In this document: positions 1-11,712 of the stretch, piece after piece | How the letters are laid out: each line of letters begins with the position of its first letter | Position numbering within the stretch: the first letter of the stretch is position 1 | Assembly (NCBI GenBank): GCA_902579585.1 | Contig: CACHHJ010000001.1 | Coordinates: 7,175 to 71,174 of the forward strand | Source: an uncultured Pelagibacteraceae bacterium | GTDB taxonomy: Bacteria > Pseudomonadota > Alphaproteobacteria > Pelagibacterales > Pelagibacteraceae | Direction: 5' to 3' | DNA: 64,000 bases | Position numbers and translations under genes: made by a program | The notes under the pieces: model-generated | Told to the model about the DNA's origin: nothing | The model's input: the letters and a program-made list of their open reading frames with translations, nothing else | Database searches by the model: none

Positions 1-80
1 GGAAAAATATATTGAAGAAATTTGATGTAGAACAAATGTGCAATTCAACTTTTTTGGAATATAAAAAACTAATTAAATAA
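1..80 (+). CDS. 3' end of an upstream gene, probably a family 4 glycosyltransferase (partial)
   Basis: Open frame from base 3 reads KNILKKFDVEQMCNSTFLEYKKLIK* (TAA at 78-80) and abuts the thrS ATG; resembles a GT4 C-terminal helix. Confidence 0.55.
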   Translation, partial: KNILKKFDVEQMCNSTFLEYKKLIK

Positions 81-2000
81 ATGCCAAATATAACTTTACC
101 AGATGGAAAAAAACTTAATTTCAAGAGCAATATAAGTGGTGTTGAAATTGCTGAAAAGATAAGTAAGTCACTTTCAAAGCAAGCTCTTATAATGAGTGTA
201 AATGGTGAATTGAAAGATTTGAGCTTTTCAATTCAAAAAGACTCGACTGTTAAAATAATTACACACAAAGACAAAGAGGGTTTAGAAGTAATGAGACATG
301 ACGCTGCTCATATAATGGCAATGTCAGTTCAAGAACTTTTTCCTGGAACCCAGGTAACAATCGGACCGGTCATTGAAAATGGTTTTTACTACGACTTTGC
401 AAGAAAAGAACCTTTTACAAGTGATGATCTTAAAAAAATAGAAGATAAAATGTTAGAAATAATTGATAGAGATGTAAAAACTAGACGTGAGGTATGGGAA
501 AGAGATCAGGCAATAAAACATTTTAAAAAGATAGGAGAAAATTACAAAGCAGAAATTATTCAGAGTATACCTGAAAGTGAGGAATTATCTATTTATCATC
601 ATGGTGATACTTGGCATGATTTATGTAGAGGTCCTCATTTAGTTTCATCCAGTAAAATTGGAAAGGCTTTTAAATTAACAAAAGTTTCAGGCGCATATTG
701 GAGAGGTGACTCAAATAATGAAATGTTACAAAGAATCTATGGGACATGCTGGAGCTCCAAAAAAGAATTAGACGATTATTTAAATAGATTGGAAGAAGCT
801 GAAAAAAGAGATCATAGAAAGTTAGGTAAAGAAATGGATCTATTTCATTTCAGAGAGGAAAGTCCTGGCGCAGTTTTTTGGCATGAAAAAGGATGGACTT
901 TATTTCAAAGACTTATTGAGTATATGAGGTTAAAACAAAGATATGCTGGATATAGAGAAATAAATACTCCAGAATTGCTAGACAAAACTCTTTGGGAAAA
1001 ATCTGGACATTGGGATAAATTTGGCGACTTAATGTTTACATCAGAAACACCCGATGAAAAAGTTTTTGCAGTAAAACCGATGAACTGCCCTGGGTGTGTT
1101 CAAGTTTTTAATCAAGGATTAAAAAGCTACAGAGATCTTCCTTTGAAACTTTCTGAGTTTGGAAAAGTACACAGATATGAACCTTCGGGTGCTTTACATG
1201 GTTTGTTAAGAGTAAGAGCTTTTACTCAAGACGATGCTCATATCTTCTGTACAGAAGATCAGATAACAGACGAGTGTATAACTGTTACAAAATTAATTCT
1301 AGATATTTATAAAGATTTAGGTTTTAAGAAAGTTTTTTTAAAATACTCGGATAGACCAGAAAAAAGAGTTGGAGACGATGCTGTTTGGGATAAATCAGAG
1401 AAAGCTTTACTTGAGGCAATAAAAAAAACCAAATTGGAATATACTATTAACAAAGGAGAAGGAGCCTTTTATGGACCTAAAATTGAATTTGTTTTACGTG
1501 ATGCTATTGGTCGTGATTGGCAGTGTGGCACACTTCAGGTAGACTTGAACTTACCGAAAAGACTTGGCGCTACTTTTGTAGATAAAGATGGAGCAAAAAA
1601 AACACCAGTAATGTTACATAGAGCATTATTTGGGTCCTTAGAAAGATTCATTGGAATTTTAATTGAAAACTATGCAGGAAAACTTCCATTTTGGCTATCA
1701 CCATTACAAGCAGTTGTGTTACCCATTGCCGAAGAACACAATGATTATGCAAAAAAAATATTTCAAGACCTCTTCAAAGAAGGTATAAAATGCGAAGTGG
1801 ATTTAAGAAATCAAAAAATAAATTACAAGATAAGAGAACACTCTCTATCTAAAACACCTCTTATTTTAATATGTGGAAAAAAAGAAATTTCAGACAAAAG
1901 TGTTACTATAAGAAGTCTAGGTTCTGAAAAACAAGAAAATATAAAATTCACTAAGGCTATAGAAAAAATTAAAATGCTAAACAATCTCCCAATTAAATAA
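81..2000 (+). CDS. thrS: Threonine--tRNA ligase
   Basis: TGS N-terminus (ITLPDG), DLCRGPH, KPMNCP, GLLRVRAFTQDDAHIF, GSLERFIGIL. Confidence 0.99.
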   Translation: MPNITLPDGKKLNFKSNISGVEIAEKISKSLSKQALIMSVNGELKDLSFSIQKDSTVKIITHKDKEGLEVMRHDAAHIMAMSVQELFPGTQVTIGPVIENGFYYDFARKEPFTSDDLKKIEDKMLEIIDRDVKTRREVWERDQAIKHFKKIGENYKAEIIQSIPESEELSIYHHGDTWHDLCRGPHLVSSSKIGKAFKLTKVSGAYWRGDSNNEMLQRIYGTCWSSKKELDDYLNRLEEAEKRDHRKLGKEMDLFHFREESPGAVFWHEKGWTLFQRLIEYMRLKQRYAGYREINTPELLDKTLWEKSGHWDKFGDLMFTSETPDEKVFAVKPMNCPGCVQVFNQGLKSYRDLPLKLSEFGKVHRYEPSGALHGLLRVRAFTQDDAHIFCTEDQITDECITVTKLILDIYKDLGFKKVFLKYSDRPEKRVGDDAVWDKSEKALLEAIKKTKLEYTINKGEGAFYGPKIEFVLRDAIGRDWQCGTLQVDLNLPKRLGATFVDKDGAKKTPVMLHRALFGSLERFIGILIENYAGKLPFWLSPLQAVVLPIAEEHNDYAKKIFQDLFKEGIKCEVDLRNQKINYKIREHSLSKTPLILICGKKEISDKSVTIRSLGSEKQENIKFTKAIEKIKMLNNLPIK

Positions 2001-2546
2001 GTGCACAAACCAAAATCAAATTATTTCCAGAGAAGAACAAAATTTCAAGGCCCTAGAACTAATGAAAGAATTAGAAGTCTTGATGTGCAAGTAATAAATA
2101 GCACAGGGGAAAATCTTGGAGTTTTACCTATAAAAAAAGCAATTGAAGCTGCCAAGGGAGAAGGCCTGGACCTAATCGAAATATCACCAAATGCAAATCC
2201 ACCAGTTTGTAAAATAATGGATATTGGAAAATACAAATATGATTTGCAAAAAAAAGCTAGTAAAGCAAAAAAAAATCAGAGGATTTCTAATTTAAAAGAA
2301 TTAAAACTCAGACCTGGAACAGAAGTACATGACTATAATTTCAAAATTAAAAACGCTAAAAAGTTCCTAACTAAAGGTGACAAAGTAAAATTTACTGTTA
2401 AGTTTAAGGGCAGAGAAATGCAACACATTCAGCTGGGTAAAGATCTCATGGAAAGAATAATTACTGATACAAAGGAAATAGGACAAGTCGAGGTAAGACC
2501 CAAATTTGAAGGCAGACAAATGATAATGATAATTCAGCCTAATTAG
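2001..2546 (+). CDS. infC: Translation initiation factor IF-3
   Basis: NERI, LDLIEISPNANPPVCKIMD, KFKGREM; GTG start directly after the thrS stop. Confidence 0.97.
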   Translation: MHKPKSNYFQRRTKFQGPRTNERIRSLDVQVINSTGENLGVLPIKKAIEAAKGEGLDLIEISPNANPPVCKIMDIGKYKYDLQKKASKAKKNQRISNLKELKLRPGTEVHDYNFKIKNAKKFLTKGDKVKFTVKFKGREMQHIQLGKDLMERIITDTKEIGQVEVRPKFEGRQMIMIIQPN

Positions 2547-2563
2547 CTTGGATTAAAAAAATC

Positions 2564-2592
2564 TTGATAAGGAAAAACAATCTATATATAAC
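2564..2592 (+). promoter_or_regulatory. Sigma70-type promoter for rpmI-rplT
   Basis: TTGATA (2564-2569), 17-nt spacer, TATAAC (2587-2592), 9 nt before the rpmI ATG. Confidence 0.55.
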
Positions 2593-2601
2593 TGCTTGAC
2601 C

Positions 2602-2808
2602 ATGCCAAAATTAAAAACTAAGAGCTCAGCGAAAAAAAGATTTAAACTTACAAAATCTGGTAAAGTTAAAATGCCCCAAGCAGGAAAGAGACATGGTATG
2701 ATTAAGAGAACAAATTCTCAAATAAGAAAACAACGAGGAACAACTATAATGACTAAACAAGATTCTAAAATAGTAAAATCTTATATGCCATATAGTTTAA
2801 GAGGCTGA
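2602..2808 (+). CDS. rpmI: 50S ribosomal protein L35
   Basis: [20 protein letters not shown] at 2602 preferred over TTG at 2596. Confidence 0.98.
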   Translation: MPKLKTKSSAKKRFKLTKSGKVKMPQAGKRHGMIKRTNSQIRKQRGTTIMTKQDSKIVKSYMPYSLRG

Positions 2809-2809
2809 T

Positions 2810-3166
2810 ATGTCTAGAACCAAAAGAGGAGTAGTAAGTAGGGCACGGCACAAGAAAGTTCTAAAATTTGTTAAGGGTCAATTCGGAAGAAGAAAAAATA
2901 CAATTCGTGTAGCTAGGCAAGCAATGGAAAAAGCCATGCAATATGCCTATAGAGACAGAAGAGCAAAAAAAAGAGAATTTAGATCACTTTGGATTCAAAG
3001 AATAAATGCAGGTGTTAGGGAAGAAGGAATGACATATTCAAAATTTATTAGCGGTTTAAGCAAATCAAAGATAAAATTAGATCGAAAAGTTTTAGCTGAT
3101 TTAGCTTATAATAATCCAGAAGCTTTCAAATCCCTTGTTAAAAAAGTTCAGTTATCAATAAAATAA
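2810..3166 (+). CDS. rplT: 50S ribosomal protein L20
   Basis: [26 protein letters not shown]. Confidence 0.99.
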   Translation: MSRTKRGVVSRARHKKVLKFVKGQFGRRKNTIRVARQAMEKAMQYAYRDRRAKKREFRSLWIQRINAGVREEGMTYSKFISGLSKSKIKLDRKVLADLAYNNPEAFKSLVKKVQLSIK

Positions 3167-3207
3167 AATTGTTTTTTCTTACACAAAGTTAGAGTAAAAA
3201 CTAACCA

Positions 3208-4263
3208 ATGGTAGATTTACGAGAATTAATTCAGAAAGTATCACAAGCAAAAGACAAGTTAGAATTGCAAAATCTTAAATCTCAATTTTTAGGAAAAAAC
3301 AGTCAAATTAATCTGGAATTTAAAAAACTTGGTTCGCTTGATGAAAATGAAAGAAAAGTTCGAGCTTCTTCATTAAATAATGAAAAACAAAAAATTACCG
3401 AAGCTATTAATAACAAATTTAAAGAATTAGAAAATTTAGAAATAAACCAAAAACTTCAAAAAAATAAAGTTGATGTAACTTTACCAGCTCGGGAAAGACC
3501 AAGTGGTAAAATACACCCTGTTTCACAAGTAATCGACGAGATCTCATCAATATTTTCAGAAATAGGTTTCTCTGTTGCTGAAGGGCCAGATGTTGAAAGT
3601 GAATATAATAATTTTACAGCTTTAAATACTCCAGAAGATCATCCAGCTAGAGATATGCATGATACTTTTTATTTAGATAACAATAAAAAAATATTACTTA
3701 GAACACATACATCACCAGTTCAAATTAGAACAATGTTAAATGGCAAGCCTCCGTTTAAAATTATTGTACCAGGCAGAACTTATCGTTGTGATAGTGACCA
3801 AACTCATGCACCAATGTTTCATCAGCTTGAAGGACTGCACATAGACAAAGATATCACCATGGGTCATTTAAAGGGATGTTTAGACTACTTCGTTAAAGAA
3901 TTTTTTGAGGTTAAAAAGATTAAAATGCGATTTAGACCTAGCCATTTTCCATTTACTGAACCTTCAGCAGAAGTTGATATTGGCTATAGATTAGAAAATG
4001 GAAGAATTATTGTTGGTGAGGGTGATAAGTGGCTTGAGATATTAGGCTGCGGAATGGTTCATCCAAATGTTTTAAAAAATGCCAAAGTAGATACAAAAAA
4101 ATTTCAGGGTTATGCATTTGGAATGGGAATAGATAGACTTGCAATGTTAAAATACGGAATAAACGATCTTAGATCTTTTTTTGAAGCTGATTTTCGATGG
4201 TTAAATTATTTTGGATTTGACCCTTTAGATGTTCCAACAAACTATAGAGGTCTGAGCAGATGA
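3208..4263 (+). CDS. pheS: Phenylalanine--tRNA ligase alpha subunit
   Basis: [36 protein letters not shown]. Confidence 0.99.
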   Translation: MVDLRELIQKVSQAKDKLELQNLKSQFLGKNSQINLEFKKLGSLDENERKVRASSLNNEKQKITEAINNKFKELENLEINQKLQKNKVDVTLPARERPSGKIHPVSQVIDEISSIFSEIGFSVAEGPDVESEYNNFTALNTPEDHPARDMHDTFYLDNNKKILLRTHTSPVQIRTMLNGKPPFKIIVPGRTYRCDSDQTHAPMFHQLEGLHIDKDITMGHLKGCLDYFVKEFFEVKKIKMRFRPSHFPFTEPSAEVDIGYRLENGRIIVGEGDKWLEILGCGMVHPNVLKNAKVDTKKFQGYAFGMGIDRLAMLKYGINDLRSFFEADFRWLNYFGFDPLDVPTNYRGLSR

Positions 4264-6662
4264 TAATCACTTTATCCTGGCTTAAAGATCATTTAGTTAC
4301 TAATGCAAATTTAGGAACAATAATAGACAAACTTACTGATATTGGCCTTGAAGTTGAGGGGATAAAAGAAAGTCAAAGTGAACTATCTGATTTTAAAATT
4401 GCAAAAGTTTTAAAAGCAGAAAAACACCCTAATGCAGACAAACTAAAACTTTGTGAAGTTAGTTTGGGTAACAGTAATACCTATAAAGTTGTTTGTGGCG
4501 CTGCAAATGCTAGAGATGGCCTGATAACTGTTTATGCACCTCCCGGAACAATAATTCCCAAAACAAAAATAAAATTGAAAGTAGCTAAAATCAGGGGCGT
4601 AGAGTCTCATGGCATGTTGTGTTCTGAAAGTGAACTTAATATTTCAGATGAAAGTGATGGAATAGTTGAGCTGAAGAATAGAAGTAAGGATATTGGAAAA
4701 AACTTTTTTAAGAGCAAAGGCGAAAAATCAATAGATTTATCAATAACACCAAACAGACCAGATTGTTTAGGGGTTAGAGGAATAGCCAGAGACTTGGCTT
4801 CAACGGGTTTAGGAAAGCTTTCTAATCTTAAAAAAATCAAATTTAAACAAAATTTTTCTCAGCCTATGAAAATTTCTATTACAAAAGAAAAAAATCAGGG
4901 ATGTATGTCGTTTGGTGCTTGCTATATCAGAAACATAAAAAACAAAGAGAGCCCAGAATGGTTAAAAGAAAAAATAATTTCTCTTGGTTTAAAACCAATA
5001 TCCGCAGTTGTTGATATTACAAATTATGTAATGTTGGATCTAAACAGACCTCTGCATGCTTATGATGCAAATAAAATAGATAAAGAAATTATAGTACGAA
5101 ATTCAAGACCTGAAGAAAACTTCGAAGCATTAGATGGCAAAAAGTATAAGCTTAAAAATAACATGTGTGTTATTTCTGACAAATCAGGCGCGTTAGGACT
5201 AGGAGGAATTATTGGAGGTACTCGTTCAGGAACTGAATTTGAAACAACAAATATACTATTAGAGTCGGCGTATTTTTATCCATCTTCTGTAAGAAGGACC
5301 GCCAACTCTTTAGACATTGATACTGATGCAAAATATAGATTTGAAAGGGGAATTGATCCAAATTCTATCAAAGAAGGTCTCGAATTAGCTACAGGTCTAA
5401 TTATTAAAATTTGTGGAGGAGAAGCAAGTAAATTTTCTTTAGTTGGCAAAACAAATATAAAGAATCGAATAATTGAAATCGATAGTAATAAATTTAAAAA
5501 AGTTATAGGAATTCCAATCTCGTCGAGCGAAACTAAAAAAATACTTAATTCATTAGGTTTTAAAACAAAAGTTTCAAAAAAGAATTTTAAAATGGAAATT
5601 CCTTCTTGGAGGCCAGATGTAAAGCAAGACATAGATATTATAGAAGAACTTATAAGAATAAAAGGTTTTGATAAGATTTCATTAATTCATCCAGAGAGAA
5701 AAAGATCAAGAGAAACTCTAAATTTTAAACAGAAATTATTCCACCTTTCTCAAAGAGCTGTAGCTAGCAAAGGTTATTTAGAAGCGGTGACCTGGTCCTT
5801 TACAGACTCACGTATAGACAAGCAGTTCTCTCAGGGAAAAAAAGAAATAGAAATAACAAATCCAATTTCAAGTGACCTAAATGTATTAAGAAGATCAATA
5901 TTTTCAAATTTAATTATTTACTTAAAAAAAAACCAGGACAGAGGTTATCCAGATCTTTCATTATTTGAAATTGGACCAACTTTTTCTGGTAATAAACCTG
6001 GAGAACAACAGATCGTTTTAGGTGGCTTAAAATCTGGTGTCGCAAATCGGAAAAGCTGGGATTCAAAAGCTCGAGATATAGATGTATTTGATGTTAAAGG
6101 AGATGCGATAAAAACTTTAGTTGAGCTCGGAATAAATGAAGATGATTTGTTTATAAGCAACAATACACAAGACTATTATAATCCAGGAAGATCTGGCTCA
6201 GTTAATCTAAAATCATTAAATGGACCACAATTAGCTTTTTTTGGAGAAATACATCCAGGTATAGTTTCAAATCTAGATTTTAAAGAGGGAAATGTTTGTG
6301 GATTTGAGATTTTTTTAAATAATATGCCAGAACCTAAAAAAAAATATAGACTAAACAAAAGAAACTATTCAGTCTCTGAATTTCAAAAATCTGAAAGAGA
6401 CTTTGCTTTTGTTATTGATAAAAATTATAAAGCAGGAGATGTAGAAAAAATCATAAGCGAAGCCGACAAGAATTTAATTAAAAAAGTTTTGATATTTGAC
6501 GTCTTCGAGGGCGGTAATATGCCTGAGGGAAAAAAATCAATAGCTGTGAACGTAACAATTCAATCCATGGAAAAAACTCTTTCAGAAAAAGATTTAAACG
6601 AAGTAAGTCAAAAAATAATTAATCTTGTCAAAACCAAGACTGGTGGAACAATAAGATCCTAA
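4260..6662 (+). CDS. pheT: Phenylalanine--tRNA ligase beta subunit
   Basis: [34 protein letters not shown] overlap with pheS. Confidence 0.99.
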   Translation: MIITLSWLKDHLVTNANLGTIIDKLTDIGLEVEGIKESQSELSDFKIAKVLKAEKHPNADKLKLCEVSLGNSNTYKVVCGAANARDGLITVYAPPGTIIPKTKIKLKVAKIRGVESHGMLCSESELNISDESDGIVELKNRSKDIGKNFFKSKGEKSIDLSITPNRPDCLGVRGIARDLASTGLGKLSNLKKIKFKQNFSQPMKISITKEKNQGCMSFGACYIRNIKNKESPEWLKEKIISLGLKPISAVVDITNYVMLDLNRPLHAYDANKIDKEIIVRNSRPEENFEALDGKKYKLKNNMCVISDKSGALGLGGIIGGTRSGTEFETTNILLESAYFYPSSVRRTANSLDIDTDAKYRFERGIDPNSIKEGLELATGLIIKICGGEASKFSLVGKTNIKNRIIEIDSNKFKKVIGIPISSSETKKILNSLGFKTKVSKKNFKMEIPSWRPDVKQDIDIIEELIRIKGFDKISLIHPERKRSRETLNFKQKLFHLSQRAVASKGYLEAVTWSFTDSRIDKQFSQGKKEIEITNPISSDLNVLRRSIFSNLIIYLKKNQDRGYPDLSLFEIGPTFSGNKPGEQQIVLGGLKSGVANRKSWDSKARDIDVFDVKGDAIKTLVELGINEDDLFISNNTQDYYNPGRSGSVNLKSLNGPQLAFFGEIHPGIVSNLDFKEGNVCGFEIFLNNMPEPKKKYRLNKRNYSVSEFQKSERDFAFVIDKNYKAGDVEKIISEADKNLIKKVLIFDVFEGGNMPEGKKSIAVNVTIQSMEKTLSEKDLNEVSQKIINLVKTKTGGTIRS

Positions 6663-8470
6663 TGTCAGATATCAACAAAGTAAGAAATTTTGCGATTATC
6701 GCACATATCGACCATGGAAAGTCGACAATTGCTGACAGAATGATTCAAACATGTGGTGGTCTCTCAGAAAGAGAGATGAAAGAACAAGTTTTAGACTCTA
6801 TGGATATTGAAAGAGAAAGAGGAATTACTATTAAAGCCCAAACGGTTAAATTAAATTATAAATCAAAAGATGGGAACACATATAAATTAAATATTATCGA
6901 TACACCTGGACATGTTGATTTTAGTTATGAGGTGAGTCGTTCGTTGCTTGCCTGTGAGGGTTCCGTACTAATTGTTGATAGTTCTCAAGGAGTTGAAGCA
7001 CAGACTTTGGCGAACGTATATCAGGCTCTAGACTCAGATCATCATATTATTCCAGTATTAAATAAAATAGATTTGCCGGCTTCAGATGTAGAAAAGGTAA
7101 AAAAACAGATTGAAGATGTAATCGGGATAGATACTTCAAAAGCTATCTCTTGCTCTGGTAAAACAGGAGAAGGCATCCAAGAAATTTTAGAAACAATTGT
7201 CAAAGATCTTCCTGCACCAAAAGGAAATTTACCATCAAAGCTTAAATCTTTATTAGTTGATAGTTGGTACGACAGCTATCTTGGTGTTGTAATACTGGTT
7301 AGAGTTATTGATGGCAAGATAAGAAAAGGAATGAAAATTAAATTAATGTCTACAAATCGAGACTATCAAATTGAAAAAGTTGGTATTTTTACACCTAAAG
7401 CCCAAGACATCGAAGAGTTAAGTGCTGGCGAAATAGGTTTTATTATTACTGGTATTAAAAGCCTATCAGAAACTAAAGTTGGAGATACAATATGTGATAG
7501 TAGCGATCCAATTGAAAAACCTTTACCAGGATTTAAGCCAAGTAAGCCTGTTGTTTTTTGTGGTTTATTTCCGGTTGATAGCTCAGAGTATCAAAAACTT
7601 AAAGATGGGTTAGCAAAATTAAAATTAAATGACTCTAGTTTTTCTTATGAAGCAGAATCATCTAGTGCACTAGGTTTAGGTTTTAGATGTGGATTTTTAG
7701 GATTGTTACATCTAGAAATAATAACTCAAAGACTTGAGCGAGAATTTGATATTAATTTGATAACCACTACTCCAGGTGTAGTTTATAAACTAAAAAAAAT
7801 TAATAACGAAACAGAAGATCTTCAAAACCCATCTTCTATGCCTGACCCTTCACAAATCAAATATATCGAGGAACCATGGATTAAAGCTACAGTGATTACT
7901 CCAGATGAGTACTTAGGATCAATAATAAAAATTTGTCAGGATAAAAGAGGTATCCAAAAAGATTTATCATACTCTGGAAACAGAGCAGTTTTAGTTTATG
8001 AATTGCCACTTAATGAAGTTGTTTTTGATTTTTATGACAGACTAAAATCTATGACGAGTGGATATGCAAGTTTTGATTATGAAATAACAGGTTATAAAGA
8101 GGGGGATTTAGTCAAACTTGGTATTTTAGTTAACAACGAACCTGTCGACGCCTTGTCAATGATAATACATAAAGAATTTGCTCAAAGTCAGGGAAGATTA
8201 GTCTGTGAAAAACTCAAAGATTTAATTCCAAGGCACAATTTTATGATTCCTATTCAAGCAGCTATAGGAGGAAAAATTATAGCAAGAGAAAGCATAAAGG
8301 GATTTAAAAAAGATGTTTTAACAAAAATTCATGGCGGGGGAGCAAGAGACCGTAAAAGAAAACTTCTTGAAAAGCAAAAGAAAGGGAAGAGCCGAGCCAA
8401 ACAATTTGGAAGAGTTGAAATACCACAAGAAGCTTTTATTGGAGTTTTAAAAATAAATAAGGAAAATTAA
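6662..8470 (+). CDS. lepA: Elongation factor 4 (LepA)
   Basis: [44 protein letters not shown]. Confidence 0.99.
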   Translation: MSDINKVRNFAIIAHIDHGKSTIADRMIQTCGGLSEREMKEQVLDSMDIERERGITIKAQTVKLNYKSKDGNTYKLNIIDTPGHVDFSYEVSRSLLACEGSVLIVDSSQGVEAQTLANVYQALDSDHHIIPVLNKIDLPASDVEKVKKQIEDVIGIDTSKAISCSGKTGEGIQEILETIVKDLPAPKGNLPSKLKSLLVDSWYDSYLGVVILVRVIDGKIRKGMKIKLMSTNRDYQIEKVGIFTPKAQDIEELSAGEIGFIITGIKSLSETKVGDTICDSSDPIEKPLPGFKPSKPVVFCGLFPVDSSEYQKLKDGLAKLKLNDSSFSYEAESSSALGLGFRCGFLGLLHLEIITQRLEREFDINLITTTPGVVYKLKKINNETEDLQNPSSMPDPSQIKYIEEPWIKATVITPDEYLGSIIKICQDKRGIQKDLSYSGNRAVLVYELPLNEVVFDFYDRLKSMTSGYASFDYEITGYKEGDLVKLGILVNNEPVDALSMIIHKEFAQSQGRLVCEKLKDLIPRHNFMIPIQAAIGGKIIARESIKGFKKDVLTKIHGGGARDRKRKLLEKQKKGKSRAKQFGRVEIPQEAFIGVLKINKEN

Positions 8471-9510
8471 TTTTTTAACTCTTTTAGAACTTTATCAGAA
8501 ATCGTATTATCTAAATCATACCAAATTGGTAAGCATAAATGTCTTTTTGGAATTTCTTTGTTTTTACCTAAAGCGTAATCATAAACTTTTGAAGTAGTAG
8601 TCTTTATACCTGGAAACACTTTGTCAATATTTCCATTTGGGGAAATAATCGTAAACTTATAGTAATTTCCAAGATTTGAATTTTTATTTTGATCGATATA
8701 TTTTATTTTTGCTTTTTCGCATTCTTCAATATATTTTTCTGCAATTTTAGACTTATTCTTAATAATTGTTTTGTATTCATTAACAACAGAAAATATCATA
8801 AGAGCTTGCATTTCCGACAGTCTTATATTGCAACCAATTGGCATTTTTTGTTTAAATCTGTCATATGCTGTGAAATCTTTTAAAAGTCCTCCAATTTTTT
8901 CATTATTAGTGACAGCAACCCCTCCTTCTCCAGCAAATATAGCTTTAGTAGAATAATACGAGTAAACACCCGCATCACCAAATGTGCCTGCAAATTTATT
9001 ATTTAAAGTTGAACCAAAACTATGAGCAGCGTCCTCTAAAAGCAAAATGTTTTTTTCCTTACAAAATTTCGATATTTTTTCAATGTCAGGATTTATAATC
9101 CCACCAATATCACTAAGCATAATCACCAAATTATCCAAATTACCTTTATGATTATTTATTGAATCTTTAATATCTTGAATATTTGGCATTAAAGTTTCTA
9201 AACGACAATTAATATAATCAACAATTTTGTAACCCGCTGTTCCACAGATTGTTCTAACCCCATACATTGTGTTTGATTGAATCATTATCTCGCTTCTACC
9301 AAAGTACTCTTTAAAAATTAAAAGCAAAGCGACTAACCCACTTCCATTAGAGTTCACTGGAATTGCATTTTTCACTCCCGCAATAGTTTTTATTTTATTT
9401 GATAATTTGTCTATCCACGGTCCCTCAGATAGGCTCCCTGAATTAAAAATTTCATCTTGATTTTTTTTAAAAAATTCAATCGCACTTTTTGGTATCTTAA
9501 CTAATCCCAT
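8467..9510 (-). CDS. DegT/DnrJ/EryC1/StrS-family PLP-dependent sugar aminotransferase
   Basis: [17 protein letters not shown] (Schiff-base Lys), GEGG, LCLPIW; likely start ATG at 9510 (MGLVKIP), 2 nt after the upstream stop. Confidence 0.88.
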   Translation of the reverse strand: MGLVKIPKSAIEFFKKNQDEIFNSGSLSEGPWIDKLSNKIKTIAGVKNAIPVNSNGSGLVALLLIFKEYFGRSEIMIQSNTMYGVRTICGTAGYKIVDYINCRLETLMPNIQDIKDSINNHKGNLDNLVIMLSDIGGIINPDIEKISKFCKEKNILLLEDAAHSFGSTLNNKFAGTFGDAGVYSYYSTKAIFAGEGGVAVTNNEKIGGLLKDFTAYDRFKQKMPIGCNIRLSEMQALMIFSVVNEYKTIIKNKSKIAEKYIEECEKAKIKYIDQNKNSNLGNYYKFTIISPNGNIDKVFPGIKTTTSKVYDYALGKNKEIPKRHLCLPIWYDLDNTISDKVLKELKN

Positions 9511-9512
9511 TT

Positions 9513-10766
9513 TTAACTTACCTTTTTTTGTTGTTCTTCCCAAACTGTTTCATCAATTAAATTATTGAATTTTTCAGTAATGTTATCAATTTTAAAAAAT
9601 TTTCTTGGATTCTTTTTATATATTATTCTGTAAAATTCTGGTGCCAAGCTAAATGCTAAAGTAAATTTACCAGGAATAACTGACCAAACATTATTATGAA
9701 TGTTCGACTTATTAATATGAAAAAGATAATTCCTGTCCTCTTTTTTCGAAATAATCTCATTTTTCACTCCAACATACTTATTTAATATTTCTATTCTAGG
9801 ATTTAGTTTTTTATGTTCATCAATCATATATTTAAAATAATTTTCTACTTCTTCCCTTTTAGATAGACTAATTCCTCCAATCATCCCAAAAGAGGATCCC
9901 TTAGTTATTATATTTATACATTTTTTTGCATAATAATCTAATTCTACAAATGATTTTGCACTAGGTGGGACATTTTTAACTACCGCAATCGGTGCAAAAG
10001 ACTTTCTTACTTTTATATTAGTAAATTTTTCAATATTTCCACCTGTGCAAATTACCATTTTCTCACCTTTAATTTTAATATTTTTGCATATGACCTCAAC
10101 TTCATCTTGATTATTCTTAATTTCTAAAAGTTCATTATCAGTAAAAATTTCTAATCCTCTACCAGCAGAAACGCCTATAAGATCTTTAAGTAAATTTCTT
10201 GAATTAGTTGTAAAGTCAGTACTCTTGATTTCATGAAATTTTTTATTGGACAATAAAACTTTCAAAAAATTTTTTAAAATTGGGATATAATATTCTGATG
10301 TCACGCTTTCTAAAATTCCAGCTCTTTTACGAAGCCAGTCATGATTGCGTATTCCCTCTATTAAAGATACAGATCTAGCAACAGAGTAAATCCAGGGAAG
10401 TATAAATTTTCTACTACCCAATCTGTATTTGAAATTAATGTAGTTTTGATTAAACCAGGTGTTTTTATTTTCGTTAATCTTTAGTCCTTTTTCAGATGGA
10501 GATAAATTCATATTAGGAAAACTAGAATAAAATTCCAGTATATCATCAAGAGAACCAAGAATATACTTCAATGTCTTCATGTCATCTTTTACTAATGTGT
10601 ACAGCGATCCAGTATGAACCCACTCATGAAATTCTCTTGTAGCCACAGATGCTAATTTTTTATTTTTTTCTATAAGAGCCACAGAGAAGCCCTCTCTAGT
10701 CAAAATTTCAGCTATTGAAATGCCAGCAACTCCTCCACCAACTATTATCCAATCAAAATTTTTCAT
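9513..10766 (-). CDS. FAD-dependent oxidoreductase (DAO/GlpD/LhgO-like)
   Basis: DWIIVGGGVAG...LIEK Rossmann fold, VHTGSLY motif, C-terminal PGKFTLA. Confidence 0.82.
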   Translation of the reverse strand: MKNFDWIIVGGGVAGISIAEILTREGFSVALIEKNKKLASVATREFHEWVHTGSLYTLVKDDMKTLKYILGSLDDILEFYSSFPNMNLSPSEKGLKINENKNTWFNQNYINFKYRLGSRKFILPWIYSVARSVSLIEGIRNHDWLRKRAGILESVTSEYYIPILKNFLKVLLSNKKFHEIKSTDFTTNSRNLLKDLIGVSAGRGLEIFTDNELLEIKNNQDEVEVICKNIKIKGEKMVICTGGNIEKFTNIKVRKSFAPIAVVKNVPPSAKSFVELDYYAKKCINIITKGSSFGMIGGISLSKREEVENYFKYMIDEHKKLNPRIEILNKYVGVKNEIISKKEDRNYLFHINKSNIHNNVWSVIPGKFTLAFSLAPEFYRIIYKKNPRKFFKIDNITEKFNNLIDETVWEEQQKKVS

Positions 10767-10773
10767 TTATTTA

Positions 10774-11700
10774 TTATTTCTTCATCGCCAAAATTGTTTT
10801 TGATATTCCATCCTCTAGCTTAACAAATTTTGAATTTTTGATATTTAAAAAACTATTAAGTTTATCAAATTTACCGCTTGATTTTTTTGGATCAAATTTA
10901 TCTAATTTTCTTTTAATAACTCGCGGACTTACCCTTAAATTTTTTTTAATTATATTAAATAATCTATTGATATTTATTGATTTTCCAGTTCCAACATTCA
11001 TTACATGATATGATTTTTGCCTCTGAAGTTTTTTCATTGATAAAAACATTACTTTAATGATGTCATCTATATAAACAAAGTCTCTTGTCTGGTAGCCACC
11101 ATTTATTATAATTTTTAAATTTCTTTTCATTCTATTAATAAAAATTGGAATAACAGCAGAATAAGGACTGTGTGGATTTTGGCCTGGGCCGTATACGTTA
11201 AACAATCTTAATCCAACAGATGGTATCTTAAAAATATTAAAGTACATTTTAGCATAATGTTCGATAGTTAATTTATCTTGTGCATACGGAGAAGTTATAG
11301 AAAATTTTTCAATTTTATCATTCCCCAAAGGAAGATTTCCATAAATGGCAGAGGAAGATGCATAAACCACTGGAACAGAAAAGTGATTTGCTAAATCAAA
11401 TACTTTAAGAGTACTTTTTAAATTATTTGAGCTACTTGCGTAAAAGTCTTTTAGTGATTGAGGAACAGAAGATTGAGCTGCTAAGTGAAAAATACCATCT
11501 AATTTATTCGTATAGAGTTTTTTAATATTCTGAATTTTTTTTTTAATTAACCTTTTTCTCAAATTTTTTGGCAGGTTGTTTATACTTCCTTCTGACAGAT
11601 CATCTACAAGAATTAAATCATACTTCTTGTTCATTTTTTTTATTAGGTTTGAACCTATAAAACCAGCACAGCCAGTAATTAAATATTTACCCTTTTTCAT
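10774..11700 (-). CDS. NAD-dependent nucleotide-sugar epimerase/dehydratase
   Basis: LITGCAGFIGS, FHLAA, YASSSAIYG, SPYAQDK (YxxxK), RLFNVYGPGQ, TRDFVYIDD. Confidence 0.93.
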   Translation of the reverse strand: MKKGKYLITGCAGFIGSNLIKKMNKKYDLILVDDLSEGSINNLPKNLRKRLIKKKIQNIKKLYTNKLDGIFHLAAQSSVPQSLKDFYASSSNNLKSTLKVFDLANHFSVPVVYASSSAIYGNLPLGNDKIEKFSITSPYAQDKLTIEHYAKMYFNIFKIPSVGLRLFNVYGPGQNPHSPYSAVIPIFINRMKRNLKIIINGGYQTRDFVYIDDIIKVMFLSMKKLQRQKSYHVMNVGTGKSININRLFNIIKKNLRVSPRVIKRKLDKFDPKKSSGKFDKLNSFLNIKNSKFVKLEDGISKTILAMKK

Positions 11701-11712
11701 TTAATTTAATTA

